DNA of 64,000 nt, from contig CABQBC010000002.1 of assembly GCA_902462305.1 (NCBI GenBank), positions 76,825 through 140,824 of the forward strand, given 5' to 3'. Of the stretch, positions 38,316 through 47,552 are shown in pieces (position 1 is the stretch's first letter; every line of letters starts with the position of its first letter). Position numbers and translations under genes: made by a program. The notes under the pieces are model-generated. The model made no database searches and had not been told where the DNA came from. It saw only the letters and a list, made by a program, of their open reading frames with translations. This DNA comes from an uncultured Flavobacteriales bacterium. Its GTDB lineage: Bacteria; Bacteroidota; Bacteroidia; Flavobacteriales; UBA1820.

Positions 38316-38483
38316 CTACAAAAACCCGACAAAGACCCCGTAAAATCAATTTAATACAACTCTTTAAGCGAACAAGTCATTTTTTTCAATTATCATATAC
38401 GATAATATTAAAAAATGAGAATATTCGTAAAAAACAAGTTCCTGAAGAAAAAAAGCACAACCGTTGGGACGTGCGAAAAAGGA

Positions 38484-38696
38484 CTACTTTCCGCGGCGGA
38501 AAAATTTTACAACATTAAACGCCGCGTAGATTATCAGTACAACGACTATAAATCCGGTCGAATACGGCGTCTGCTGAAAACTGGCCTGAAGCCTGCCGCT
38601 GAAAAAACCGTATATGAGTACCGCCAGCCCGGCAAGCGCCAGTATCAGCCTGAAAGAAGTCCTGTTCATGTCCGTTATTTTAAAATTAACATCCAA
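38484..38696 (-). CDS. small two-helix membrane protein (hypothetical)
   Basis: Two hydrophobic helices (FRLILALAGLAVLIYGFF and GFIVVVLIIYAAFNVV). An alternative start, MNRTSF, lies at 38669. No recognisable family. Confidence 0.4.
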   Translation of the reverse strand: MDVNFKITDMNRTSFRLILALAGLAVLIYGFFSGRLQASFQQTPYSTGFIVVVLIIYAAFNVVKFFRRGK

Positions 38697-38806
38697 AAAT
38701 AGCCAAAAACGCCCGGTTTTTCACATAGTTTAACCGAAAAAAAGCCCTTCCGCCCCGAAAAAGGCAATAATCGCACCTATAATTTCGCAGTGAACAATAG
38801 TTTTTA

Positions 38807-38814
38807 TAATTTTG
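38807..38814 (+). promoter_or_regulatory. candidate -7 promoter box (TAATTTTG) for hppA
   Basis: Matches TAnnTTTG, 44 nt upstream of the ATG at 38858. Confidence 0.35.
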
Positions 38815-38857
38815 TAGGCTGAAATAAAAAAGAAAGTTAATAAATAAAATTCAGTTT

Positions 38858-41188
38858 ATGGAAAATCTTTTCTATGCCGTGCCTCTGCTTGGTCTTGTGG
38901 GACTTGCGGTCATGGCTGTAAAAGCATCGTGGGTGTCCAAACAGCCCGCGGGCGACGAAAAAATGCAGAACCTGGCGTCGAAGATCGCCGCCGGTGCAAT
39001 GGCGTTCCTGAAAGCGGAATGGAAAGTGCTGAGCTATTTTGCGATAATAGCCGCGCTTCTTCTGGTCCTTCTGGGCTCTTCGAGCCAGGAAAGCAGCTGG
39101 GTAATAGCCGTATGCTTTATCGTGGGCGCGTTTTTCTCGGCGCTTGCCGGATATTTCGGTATGAACATCGCCACGAAAGCCAACGTACGCACTACGGAAG
39201 CCGCACGCACAAGCCTGATGAAAGCTCTGAAAGTATCGTTTACCGGAGGTTCGGTAATGGGCTTCGGAGTAGCCGGACTGGCAGTTTTCGGCATGGGCGG
39301 AGTATTCATCGTGCTTGCTCACCTGTTCGGGGCCTTTGAATCGAAAGAAGCGATGCGCCTGGCCATCGAAGTATTGTCCGGGTTCTCGTTGGGTGCCGAA
39401 TCGATAGCCCTGTTCGCACGCGTGGGCGGTGGCATATACACTAAAGCTGCCGACGTAGGAGCCGACCTCGTGGGCAAGGTCGAAGCGGGTATCCCCGAAG
39501 ACGACCCACGTAACCCGGCCACGATAGCCGACAACGTTGGTGACAACGTAGGCGACGTAGCCGGTATGGGAGCCGACCTTTTCGGTTCGTACGTGGCAAC
39601 TATACTGGCAACTATGGTACTGGGGCAGGAAGTCGTTTCCGACGATGCTTTCGGTGGCACGGCCCCGATACTCCTCCCGATGCTCATAGCCGGCATAGGA
39701 ATAATATTCTCGCTCGTAGGTACCCTTTTCGTACGCATCAAGAACGACAGCGGAAACGTACAGGGTGCGCTCAACATGGGTAACTGGATTTCCATAATAC
39801 TCACCGGTGTGGCTGCGGTATTCCTAACCAAATACCTGCTTCCCGATTCGATGGTGATACGCGGTTTTGAAATGACGGATACCGACGTGGTATTCTCAAT
39901 AATAACCGGTCTTGTAGTAGGTGCGCTGATGAGCATCGTGACCGAATACTACACTGCTATGGGACGCCGTCCAGTAAAATCGATAGTACAGCAGTCCTCG
40001 ACAGGACATGCCACCAACATCATCGGCGGTCTGTCCGTCGGCATGGAATCCACGGTGGTTCCTATCGTAATACTGGCTGCCGGAATATTCTTCTCGTATG
40101 AATTCGCCGGCCTTTACGGTGTGGGCATAGCCGCTGTGGGCATGATGGCCACTACAGCCATGCAGCTCGCCATAGATGCTTTCGGCCCTGTAGCCGACAA
40201 CGCCGGCGGTATTGCCGAAATGAGCGGTCTGCCGGAAGAAGTGCGCGAACGCACAGATATCCTCGACGCAGTAGGCAACACCACGGCTGCCACGGGCAAG
40301 GGATTCGCCATAGCTTCCGCCGCGCTTACTTCACTGGCTCTGTTCGCCGCATTCGTGGGCGTTTCTGGCATAACAGGCATCGACATATATCACGCCAACG
40401 TTCTTGCAGGTCTGTTCGTAGGAGCCATGATACCGTTCATTTTCTCCTCGCTGGCTATCGCCGCCGTAGGCCGCGCAGCGATGGACATGGTAAATGAAGT
40501 ACGCCGCCAGTTCCGCGAGATTCCTGGCATCATGGAATACAAAGCCGAACCGGAATATGAAAAATGTGTAGCCATATCCACACACGCCTCCATCCGCGAG
40601 ATGATGCTTCCCGGAGCTATAGCGCTGATAGCGCCCGTGTTGGTAGGTTTCGTATTCGGCCCTGAAGTCCTCGGAGGAATGCTTGCGGGTATCACCGTTT
40701 CCGGTGTACTGATGGGAATATTCCAATCCAACGCCGGAGGCGCCTGGGACAATGCGAAAAAATCGTTCGAGAAAGGCGTAGAGATAAACGGCAAGATAGA
40801 GAAAAAAGGTTCCGATGCCCACAAGGCCGCCGTTACCGGCGATACCGTAGGCGACCCATTCAAGGATACATCAGGACCTTCGATGAACATACTTATCAAA
40901 CTCACATCCATCGTTTCTCTCATCATAGCCCCGTACATTGCCAACTGGTACGTGCTCAAACCGGATATAAACGAGGAGCACCGCGGCATGGTGGAACAGA
41001 TCAAAACGTACGAAGACCGCCTTATCAAATTCCTGCAGGATCACAAGGGCGAACTTATAGAAATGTACGAACAGGATGCCGCTCCGGTAGTCGAACAGGC
41101 TGCTGCGGAAGAAGAGGTAATAATAGTTGACCAGCCTGCCGAAGCCGCTGCCGAAGTTGACGGCACGGCACAACAACCGGCACAATAA
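38858..41188 (+). CDS. hppA: membrane-bound proton/sodium-translocating pyrophosphatase
   Basis: About 16 TM helices. Signature motifs GDNVGDVAGMGADLF and GDTVGDPFKDTSGPSMNILIKL. Carries a soluble C-terminal tail of about 90 aa. Confidence 0.95.
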   Translation: MENLFYAVPLLGLVGLAVMAVKASWVSKQPAGDEKMQNLASKIAAGAMAFLKAEWKVLSYFAIIAALLLVLLGSSSQESSWVIAVCFIVGAFFSALAGYFGMNIATKANVRTTEAARTSLMKALKVSFTGGSVMGFGVAGLAVFGMGGVFIVLAHLFGAFESKEAMRLAIEVLSGFSLGAESIALFARVGGGIYTKAADVGADLVGKVEAGIPEDDPRNPATIADNVGDNVGDVAGMGADLFGSYVATILATMVLGQEVVSDDAFGGTAPILLPMLIAGIGIIFSLVGTLFVRIKNDSGNVQGALNMGNWISIILTGVAAVFLTKYLLPDSMVIRGFEMTDTDVVFSIITGLVVGALMSIVTEYYTAMGRRPVKSIVQQSSTGHATNIIGGLSVGMESTVVPIVILAAGIFFSYEFAGLYGVGIAAVGMMATTAMQLAIDAFGPVADNAGGIAEMSGLPEEVRERTDILDAVGNTTAATGKGFAIASAALTSLALFAAFVGVSGITGIDIYHANVLAGLFVGAMIPFIFSSLAIAAVGRAAMDMVNEVRRQFREIPGIMEYKAEPEYEKCVAISTHASIREMMLPGAIALIAPVLVGFVFGPEVLGGMLAGITVSGVLMGIFQSNAGGAWDNAKKSFEKGVEINGKIEKKGSDAHKAAVTGDTVGDPFKDTSGPSMNILIKLTSIVSLIIAPYIANWYVLKPDINEEHRGMVEQIKTYEDRLIKFLQDHKGELIEMYEQDAAPVVEQAAAEEEVIIVDQPAEAAAEVDGTAQQPAQ

Positions 41189-41211
41189 GCCTATTACCGC
41201 GACAATACAAT

Positions 41212-41250
41212 AAAACCGCCGGAACTCTCATATTGAGTTCCGGCGGTTTT
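41212..41250. terminator. bidirectional rho-independent terminator between convergent hppA and dps
   Basis: aaaaccgccggaactc / gagttccggcggtttt stem, flanked by A-runs and T-runs on both sides. Confidence 0.7.
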
Positions 41251-41283
41251 TCGTTTTCAGGTAAGGGGAGTCTCAGGTCAGGT

Positions 41284-41754
41284 TTATCCCATATATGCGG
41301 AAAGCATCCACACTTTTTTCTCGTCGTCGGCTGTGAATCCTATCATCATGTCCACGGTCACCTCATCGTCGGCAGCGCCGGCCACTTCTATCAATTCCCT
41401 TTGAGACTTTATAAGCCTGTTGATATCGCTCAGAATATCGGCAACGGCTTTATCGGCATTGCTTACGTTCTGATAGACCAAAAGCGAAGAATTATCCAGG
41501 TAGTCCTGATATGTATGCATCGGAGTACCTCCGAGCATAAGTATGCGTTCTGCTATTTCGTCCACCCTCTCGGCTGCCTGGTCGTAATACTTTTCAAACA
41601 CGGAATGAAGTGTGAAAAAAGATTTGCCTTTGATGTTCCAGTGAAATCCGCGCAAGTTCTGATAGTGTATCTGGTAATCGGAGAGGAGTTTGTTCAGTTT
41701 TTCAATCGTGCGGCCGGTTTTTGCAGTGTCCAGGCCAATGTTGTTTGTTGCCAT
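41284..41754 (-). CDS. dps: Dps (DNA starvation/stationary-phase protection, ferritin-like)
   Basis: LNKLLSDYQIHYQNLRGFHWNIKG and the ferroxidase-site context. 156 aa. Confidence 0.93.
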   Translation of the reverse strand: MATNNIGLDTAKTGRTIEKLNKLLSDYQIHYQNLRGFHWNIKGKSFFTLHSVFEKYYDQAAERVDEIAERILMLGGTPMHTYQDYLDNSSLLVYQNVSNADKAVADILSDINRLIKSQRELIEVAGAADDEVTVDMMIGFTADDEKKVWMLSAYMG

Positions 41755-41949
41755 GATTATTGATTTTTTGGGTTATTTTTTAAATATAGTGAAAAAACAC
41801 GGTTTTTTCGGTTCCTGCGGATGTTTTAACAGTAAATACCGGTGAGTTTCCACTCGCATCCACATTGTAAAAGTAACCGTTTATCAGGCCCGTGTAGTTA
41901 AAAATTCATAAAAAAAACTTATGCCCATAGAGTTTAAATCTATCTTCAC

Positions 41950-41957
41950 TACATTTG
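41950..41957 (+). promoter_or_regulatory. candidate -7 promoter box (TACATTTG) for the serine hydrolase gene
   Basis: Matches TAnnTTTG, 44 nt upstream of the ATG at 42001. This argues against the GTG start at 41977. Confidence 0.35.
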
Positions 41958-42000
41958 CCTGTTATAAGATTTCGCTGTGACACAGCATTTAACCCCATCG

Positions 42001-43221
42001 ATGAAACGCCTGTCCACAAGATATTTTTCATTTCTGCTGCTGGTGTTTTTCTCCTTACCCGGAGGGAAGCAATATGCTTTTCCCGACGACAGGAACGTAA
42101 AGGAACTTAACGTCCCCGCAGAAGACTCCTACCGCCGTGCAGTCCTTCCCGACAAGCCGTTCGACCAGGACAGGATAAAAGCTGTCGACAAGTATTTCAT
42201 ATCCAAGTCCGTCCGCGGACAATTCAACGGAGTGGTGCTTTTCGCCGACCGGGACAAAATATTCTCCAAAGCTTACGGTTACAGCAATTTCAGGACAAAG
42301 GAAAAACTATCCACATCATCGGTATTCCAACTGGCATCCATCTCCAAGACAATAACGGCCACCGCCGTGCTGATGCTCGCCCAGCAGGGACTGGTGGATA
42401 TAAAAGCTCCGGTGAGCGATTATCTGGAAGGCTTCGGACGCCCCACACTCACGGTCGAAATGCTTCTGAGCCACAAAAGCGGGCTTGCCGATTACACGAG
42501 GTTTACCGCCGGAGTGTGGATAGGCTTCATGAAGCCAATGAGCAACGAGGATATGCTTTCGATAATGCTCAAACGCAAACCCCGTCCTTATTTTTCCCCA
42601 GGACTGAAATACCAGTACAGCAATACGAATTACGCCCTTCTGGCTTCGATAGTGGAACATGTGACAGGCGAGAGCTTTTCTTCATGGGTACGCAGGAATA
42701 TTTTCGAACCAGTAGGTATGGACAATACGTTTTTCTGTACCGAACCCGAATTTTCCCGATGCGGGACAATGACGCAGGGCTATACTTCGCGCCGCGCGCC
42801 ATACGGGTTAAACTTTCTGGACGGAGTATTGGGCGACAAAGGAGTATATTCGACAGCCGAAGACCTGCTTAAATTCGACATGGCATTACGGGGAGGTTTC
42901 ATACTCGACGACCATTGGCAGCAGAAAGCCTACACCAATTACACCGACCAAGTACACCCGTACGGTTACGGATGGAGGCTGTACAATTACAACGACCGCG
43001 AAATAGTATATCACAACGGATGGTGGCACGGATACAGAGGCCGGTTCCTCCGTCTTCCCGAAGAACAAAAAACCATAATCGTACTCGAAAACCAGGCGCG
43101 CAGTTCATTTTCGGTGCCTACTCTTATGAACATATCCGAAAAACTGTTCGATCCGTATGTGAGCGACACCACCGTAGTGGAAAGCGGAGCTGAAGATACT
43201 GAAGACGAAACAATGCCGTGA
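42001..43221 (+). CDS. serine hydrolase, beta-lactamase/PBP4* (class C-like) family
   Basis: Signal peptide MKRLSTRYFSFLLLVFFSL. SxxK motif (ASISKT) and YSN motif (YQYSNTNY). Confidence 0.85.
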   Translation: MKRLSTRYFSFLLLVFFSLPGGKQYAFPDDRNVKELNVPAEDSYRRAVLPDKPFDQDRIKAVDKYFISKSVRGQFNGVVLFADRDKIFSKAYGYSNFRTKEKLSTSSVFQLASISKTITATAVLMLAQQGLVDIKAPVSDYLEGFGRPTLTVEMLLSHKSGLADYTRFTAGVWIGFMKPMSNEDMLSIMLKRKPRPYFSPGLKYQYSNTNYALLASIVEHVTGESFSSWVRRNIFEPVGMDNTFFCTEPEFSRCGTMTQGYTSRRAPYGLNFLDGVLGDKGVYSTAEDLLKFDMALRGGFILDDHWQQKAYTNYTDQVHPYGYGWRLYNYNDREIVYHNGWWHGYRGRFLRLPEEQKTIIVLENQARSSFSVPTLMNISEKLFDPYVSDTTVVESGAEDTEDETMP

Positions 43222-43335
43222 CCCCGCAGAAAAGGAAAACGACTTTTGCCCGGAAAACTTCACGGGATTCGTTGCCGCAAATATTTAGCCGCATATAAAT
43301 GCGCTTACTTATGAAAGTATGATTATTTTTGCACA

Positions 43336-45486
43336 ATGAACACAGCACGCCGCACAAAAAGCAATGCCTTATATATATTACTCTTCCTACAGATATTCTG
43401 TTCTGCGGGCGCGACTGCGCAAACGGTAAACAACAACAATAATTACAACAACAGAAACCGGACTGAAATATACGATCCTTACAAAGGCAAGAACGGCGAA
43501 CGCCTCAACGCTTTCGGCGAGCCTATACTGGACGGCAAAGAACAGGAAAAACAGGACTCGGTAGATGCCGCACGCGGCAGAACCCGCGACCGCACCGTAT
43601 ATCGCAACCGTTATAAGGACTCCATACAAGTTTACAAGATAATATCCCCCACGTGGGACACTACGCTCGTAGACACATCGCTCAACATATCCAAGTTATA
43701 CAAACTCAACCCTCTGCGAAAGGACGAATACGGATACATGCCGTTTCCTACCATTGCCCAGGGATACACGCCTATGGTGCTCGACCTGAAACCCTCGCTC
43801 ACACCGAGCTACGGCATAAGTTCCAGAAGCATGTACTACCGCAATGCCGACGAGATAAACTACTACGACGTGCGCACTCCATGGTCGGAAGCCATGTACT
43901 ATACGAACGTATTTTCCAACATGGAGAGCCATGTGCTCGATTTCAACTTCACGGCCAACGCCGGCAGGCTGTTCAACTTCTCGATAGGATACCGGGGCAA
44001 ACGCACTAAAGAGGGACTTTACAATTACACAAGCAACCAACACGGACAACTGGTCGGTACATTCAGTTTTCACGACAAACCGTACCGGTACATACTGCGC
44101 GGGCACGTGACATACCAGTTCCTCTCGGCAAACGAAAACGGCGGACTGACGGCCGAAGGGATGGAAATGTTCCGCTCGAACGACAAAGAATATTCTTACC
44201 GGACGACATTGCCTGTCAATCTGTCCGGTTCGGATGCAGCAGTAGCCAACCGTCTTGGCGGAACGAGGTTTTACGTGAGCCAATCCTACGACCTGTTCAA
44301 CTCGTCGGTTAAAAATCCGAAAGGCTTCCGCATAAGCCTTCTGAACGAAATACAATACCAACACCTGACATACAGGTACTACGATCCGGCATTCAAAGAC
44401 CCTGACAGCAATACAGGCGAAAAATCGATAAATTATTACAGGTCGGCGGTACTTCCCGAAGCTCCCAGGGTGGACAGTTCGTATTTCAACACCCTGGACA
44501 TAGCCGCAGGCGCCGGCGTCAATTTCCCTCTGGTCAACATTTACGCCCAGGGCATGATACGCTACCAGTCCTCCACATACGCGTTCCAGGATTCTCTGGC
44601 CTACGGCACGGGCATGGACAACAGAGAGAAAATATCCGGCAACACAGTATCCGTCAATCTTTTGGGACGTTGGAGGCCGATGCGTTATTTCGGAGCTGAC
44701 GCTTCGTTCGATTACAGCCTTTCCGGAGTGTTTTCCGATGCCCGCATACTGAAACTCTCGGCATATGCTCAGCTCAACCCGCAAAACAGGCTGGAAGGCT
44801 CATACATGAACGCTTCTTACTACGCGCCGCTCGTAGCGCGGTACTACCGCAGTTCGTTCGCCATGTTCAACTGGAAGAACGATTTCAAAAGGATAGAGGC
44901 AAACGAAATAGCCGTTACGCTCAAAAGCGACAAGATAATCAATGCGCAGATGAAATTTACGGACATAAGCAATTACGTGTACTTCGATTCGCTGCGCACC
45001 CCGCGTCAATTTGACGACAAGGTAAACGTACTGTCGGTTACCGTTTCCCGCGACACCCGCATCAGGTGGTTCGGATGGGACAACACGGTAACTTACCAGA
45101 ACGTAAGTTCCGGGGCGTCCGTGATGCCACTGCCGGAAATAATGGTCCGTTCGTCCCTGTACGCCTATTTCTCAATGTTCCGCAAAGCCGTGACGTTCAT
45201 GCCTGCGCTCACGCTCAAATATTACTCGTCGTTCGACGCTCCGATGTACAACCCACTGCTTTCCGATTACAACCTGCAAAGCCCATCGTCCGTACAGCAG
45301 ATAGGCGACTATCCCTATCTTGACATATCGCTTTCCGCCAAAATCCGCAGAACACGCCTGTTCATAAAATTCGAGAACTTCACTCCCTGGGTAACTCCGT
45401 CGAACAGGAACTATTTTTCCGCACCGATGTATCCCTACCTGGACCCAACACTGCGTTTCGGAGTTGTCTGGGACTGGTTTAACTGA
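43336..45486 (+). CDS. putative outer-membrane beta-barrel (Porin_10-like)
   Basis: Signal peptide ending AGATAQT, an Asn-rich linker, an alternating beta-strand pattern and the aromatic C-terminus RFGVVWDWFN. Confidence 0.65.
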   Translation: MNTARRTKSNALYILLFLQIFCSAGATAQTVNNNNNYNNRNRTEIYDPYKGKNGERLNAFGEPILDGKEQEKQDSVDAARGRTRDRTVYRNRYKDSIQVYKIISPTWDTTLVDTSLNISKLYKLNPLRKDEYGYMPFPTIAQGYTPMVLDLKPSLTPSYGISSRSMYYRNADEINYYDVRTPWSEAMYYTNVFSNMESHVLDFNFTANAGRLFNFSIGYRGKRTKEGLYNYTSNQHGQLVGTFSFHDKPYRYILRGHVTYQFLSANENGGLTAEGMEMFRSNDKEYSYRTTLPVNLSGSDAAVANRLGGTRFYVSQSYDLFNSSVKNPKGFRISLLNEIQYQHLTYRYYDPAFKDPDSNTGEKSINYYRSAVLPEAPRVDSSYFNTLDIAAGAGVNFPLVNIYAQGMIRYQSSTYAFQDSLAYGTGMDNREKISGNTVSVNLLGRWRPMRYFGADASFDYSLSGVFSDARILKLSAYAQLNPQNRLEGSYMNASYYAPLVARYYRSSFAMFNWKNDFKRIEANEIAVTLKSDKIINAQMKFTDISNYVYFDSLRTPRQFDDKVNVLSVTVSRDTRIRWFGWDNTVTYQNVSSGASVMPLPEIMVRSSLYAYFSMFRKAVTFMPALTLKYYSSFDAPMYNPLLSDYNLQSPSSVQQIGDYPYLDISLSAKIRRTRLFIKFENFTPWVTPSNRNYFSAPMYPYLDPTLRFGVVWDWFN

Positions 45487-45499
45487 CGCATTTGCGTGT

Positions 45500-46183
45500 A
45501 TGGAAAAAAAACTGGAAATAACGGCCGACGGTTCGCACACGATAACGCTGCCCTCGCTCGACGAACAGTATCATTCATTAAATGGAGCTGTAACGGAAGC
45601 ATACCACGTATTTATTAGGAACGGGCTGGATTTTTTTGCCGGATCGCACCCTGGCAACATCCCGATAAAAATACTCGAAGCCGGCTTCGGCACCGGCCTT
45701 AACGCATTCATAACGCTCATCGAAGCCCGGAAAAGAGGACTGGAAATATCGTATGTTTCACTGGAGGCATACCCGCTCACCAAGCAGGAATACTCCGCAC
45801 TCAATTATCCCGGTACCGTGCCGCAGGGTGAAACGCTGGCAGATGAATTCCTGCACCTGCACGAATGTCCGTGGAACACTACGGTAGAGATATGCAAAGG
45901 TTTCTCGTTGGAAAAAAGGCATGCCGGATTTGAGAACATGTCCGATCGCGAATGTCATTCCATAGTATTTTATGATGCTTTTTCACCCAGAGTGCAGCCG
46001 GAACTATGGACCGGAGAAGTGCTTTCCCGGTTTTACCACGCACTGGCCCCGCAAGGAGTGTTCGTAACGTACTGCGCCAAAGGCAGCGTACGCCGCACAT
46101 TGTCGGCCGCAGGCTTCAGCATGGAAAGGCTGCCCGGACCGCCTGGAAAACGGGAGATGTTAAGGGGAATCAAAACCACATGA
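45500..46183 (+). CDS. mnmD: tRNA (mnm5s2U34)-methyltransferase MnmD (MnmC methyltransferase-domain homologue)
   Basis: ITADGSHTITLPSLDEQYHSLNGAVTEAYHVFI N-terminus. ILEAGFGTGLN SAM motif and YDAFSP motif. I prefer the start at 45500. Confidence 0.8.
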   Translation: MEKKLEITADGSHTITLPSLDEQYHSLNGAVTEAYHVFIRNGLDFFAGSHPGNIPIKILEAGFGTGLNAFITLIEARKRGLEISYVSLEAYPLTKQEYSALNYPGTVPQGETLADEFLHLHECPWNTTVEICKGFSLEKRHAGFENMSDRECHSIVFYDAFSPRVQPELWTGEVLSRFYHALAPQGVFVTYCAKGSVRRTLSAAGFSMERLPGPPGKREMLRGIKTT

Positions 46184-46214
46184 AACCTCTTTGAAACGCA
46201 TCTTAAAGAATATG

Positions 46215-46427
46215 TCAAACGGCGTATTCTATACAACGCACAAGACGGATATCGTAGGCGAAACGCGAACGCGCCCAACTTATAAATATATCCGCCTCCC
46301 GCCCGGTAAGTTCTTTCAATGCCTTTCTTAATTCGGCGACGAACAAATCGACGGAAAAACTCACTTTTTCCAATATCATCTGATAATAAAGCAACATCTG
46401 GCTGCACGGGCCCGAAGTCGAAGTCAT
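46215..46427 (-). CDS. hypothetical small ORF (doubtful)
   Basis: 70 aa ORF in a gap of about 460 nt that is otherwise unassigned. No recognisable motif. An overlapping alternative ORF lies at 46033-46407. Confidence 0.2.
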   Translation of the reverse strand: MTSTSGPCSQMLLYYQMILEKVSFSVDLFVAELRKALKELTGREADIFISWARSRFAYDIRLVRCIEYAV

Positions 46428-46641
46428 AGTATTTCAGGTTTTATAAAACGGTTTGAGAACATGAAAAGGAAACGTTTCCAGGAACGGATTTCCTTTTGCA
46501 AATCCAATTTACGCAAAAAACGCAATTAAAAAACATCTGTACGGATTTTTGTGCGTTATATTTTATTTATTAAAATTGCAAAAACGGCATGATAATACCG
46601 TATTTTTCCGGTTTGTCCCACATAAATACCGCCATTGCCAT

Positions 46642-47310
46642 ATGACAAATGAAATAGGAAATATGAAACCGAGGGAAAAACTATCCTCATACGGAGCCGA
46701 CGTATTGTCGGCAGAAGAACTGCTTACCATAATGATAGGCTCAGGCACATCCGGTCTGCCGGCACAGGCCATAGCGCATCTGTTACTGGAATACGCAGGC
46801 GGCAGCCTGAGGCGCGTTTCAGAAATGACTCCGGCAGAACTTCGCTCCGTCAAAGGAATAGGACAGGCAACCGCGGTAAGCATATCGGCTGCGTTCGAAT
46901 TGGCCCGCCGGGCGGAAAGGGAAAGTATTTCATCGCCGTTTATAAACTCACCGGAAGATATCTACAACGCTCTTAAAACCGACGTGGCACACCTGGATCA
47001 CGAAGAATTCTGGGCCTTGCATATATCCTCTTCCGGCAGACTTCTATCGCGCCAGAAAGTAAGCCAGGGCGGTCTAAGTTCGGCATCGGTAGACCAGAGA
47101 ATGATATTCAGGCAATGCTACGCCCTCGGCTCATCGTCTATCGCACTGTGTCACAACCATCCTTCCGGCTCGTTGGCTGTTTCCGACAAAGACGTGGAGA
47201 TAACACGCGTTTTCGAAAAGTCATGCCGGATACTAGGTTTCAGCCTTATGGATCACGTGATAATAGCAAGAGGCGCCTACGTAAGCCTGCTCCAGCGCGG
47301 CCTTCTATAA
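46642..47310 (+). CDS. radC: RadC-like JAB/MPN domain protein
   Basis: PREKLSSYGADVLSAEELLTIMIGSGT (HhH region) and the JAMM motif HNHPSGSLAVSDKD. I prefer the start at 46642, or possibly 46663. Confidence 0.88.
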   Translation: MTNEIGNMKPREKLSSYGADVLSAEELLTIMIGSGTSGLPAQAIAHLLLEYAGGSLRRVSEMTPAELRSVKGIGQATAVSISAAFELARRAERESISSPFINSPEDIYNALKTDVAHLDHEEFWALHISSSGRLLSRQKVSQGGLSSASVDQRMIFRQCYALGSSSIALCHNHPSGSLAVSDKDVEITRVFEKSCRILGFSLMDHVIIARGAYVSLLQRGLL

Positions 47311-47363
47311 AGGGCGCGTAAAATATACTCAGATCCAAAAACGGAGAGTAAACAGGAAAAATA

Positions 47364-47552
47364 TCAGCGAGTGTTCCGTCCGCGCGTACGCCAGCGGTAG
47401 AATATGAAAAACGGCATAATGATGAACGAAAGGAACAGTATCCCCAATCCAGTCACTATTTCGTACTGCTGATTGTCCATCGCATGCATTATTATCCCCG
47501 CTACAAAAAAGCACAGGTCCAGGGTTATAAGTATCTTGAGCGCTGTTTTCAT
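47364..47552 (-). CDS. small two-helix membrane protein
   Basis: 62 aa with two hydrophobic helices. Its ATG overlaps the trmB stop codon (ATGA at 47549-47552), which suggests translational coupling. Confidence 0.5.
   Translation of the reverse strand: MKTALKILITLDLCFFVAGIIMHAMDNQQYEIVTGLGILFLSFIIMPFFIFYRWRTRGRNTR

Noticed and set aside
38255-38857. Possible invertible promoter or UpxY-type control region upstream of the glycan operon.
   Set aside because: I found no pair of inverted repeats of 15 bp or more flanking a promoter-like segment, and no recombinase or NusG-like gene nearby. Only short local palindromes are present, for example attatc-atatac-gataat.
43324-43331. TATTTTTG box only 4 nt upstream of the porin-like gene ATG, which would imply a leaderless mRNA.
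   Set aside because: The spacing is incompatible with the usual position of the -7 element relative to the transcription start. It is likely a chance match in an A/T-rich leader, so I did not list it as a promoter.
43420-43450. AAC/AAT-rich run encoding NNNNNYNNRN near the N-terminus of the porin-like protein, considered as a possible simple-sequence contingency repeat.
   Set aside because: The codons are mixed (aac and aat) and do not form a perfect tandem repeat. Asn-rich linkers after signal peptides are common in Bacteroidetes outer-membrane proteins.
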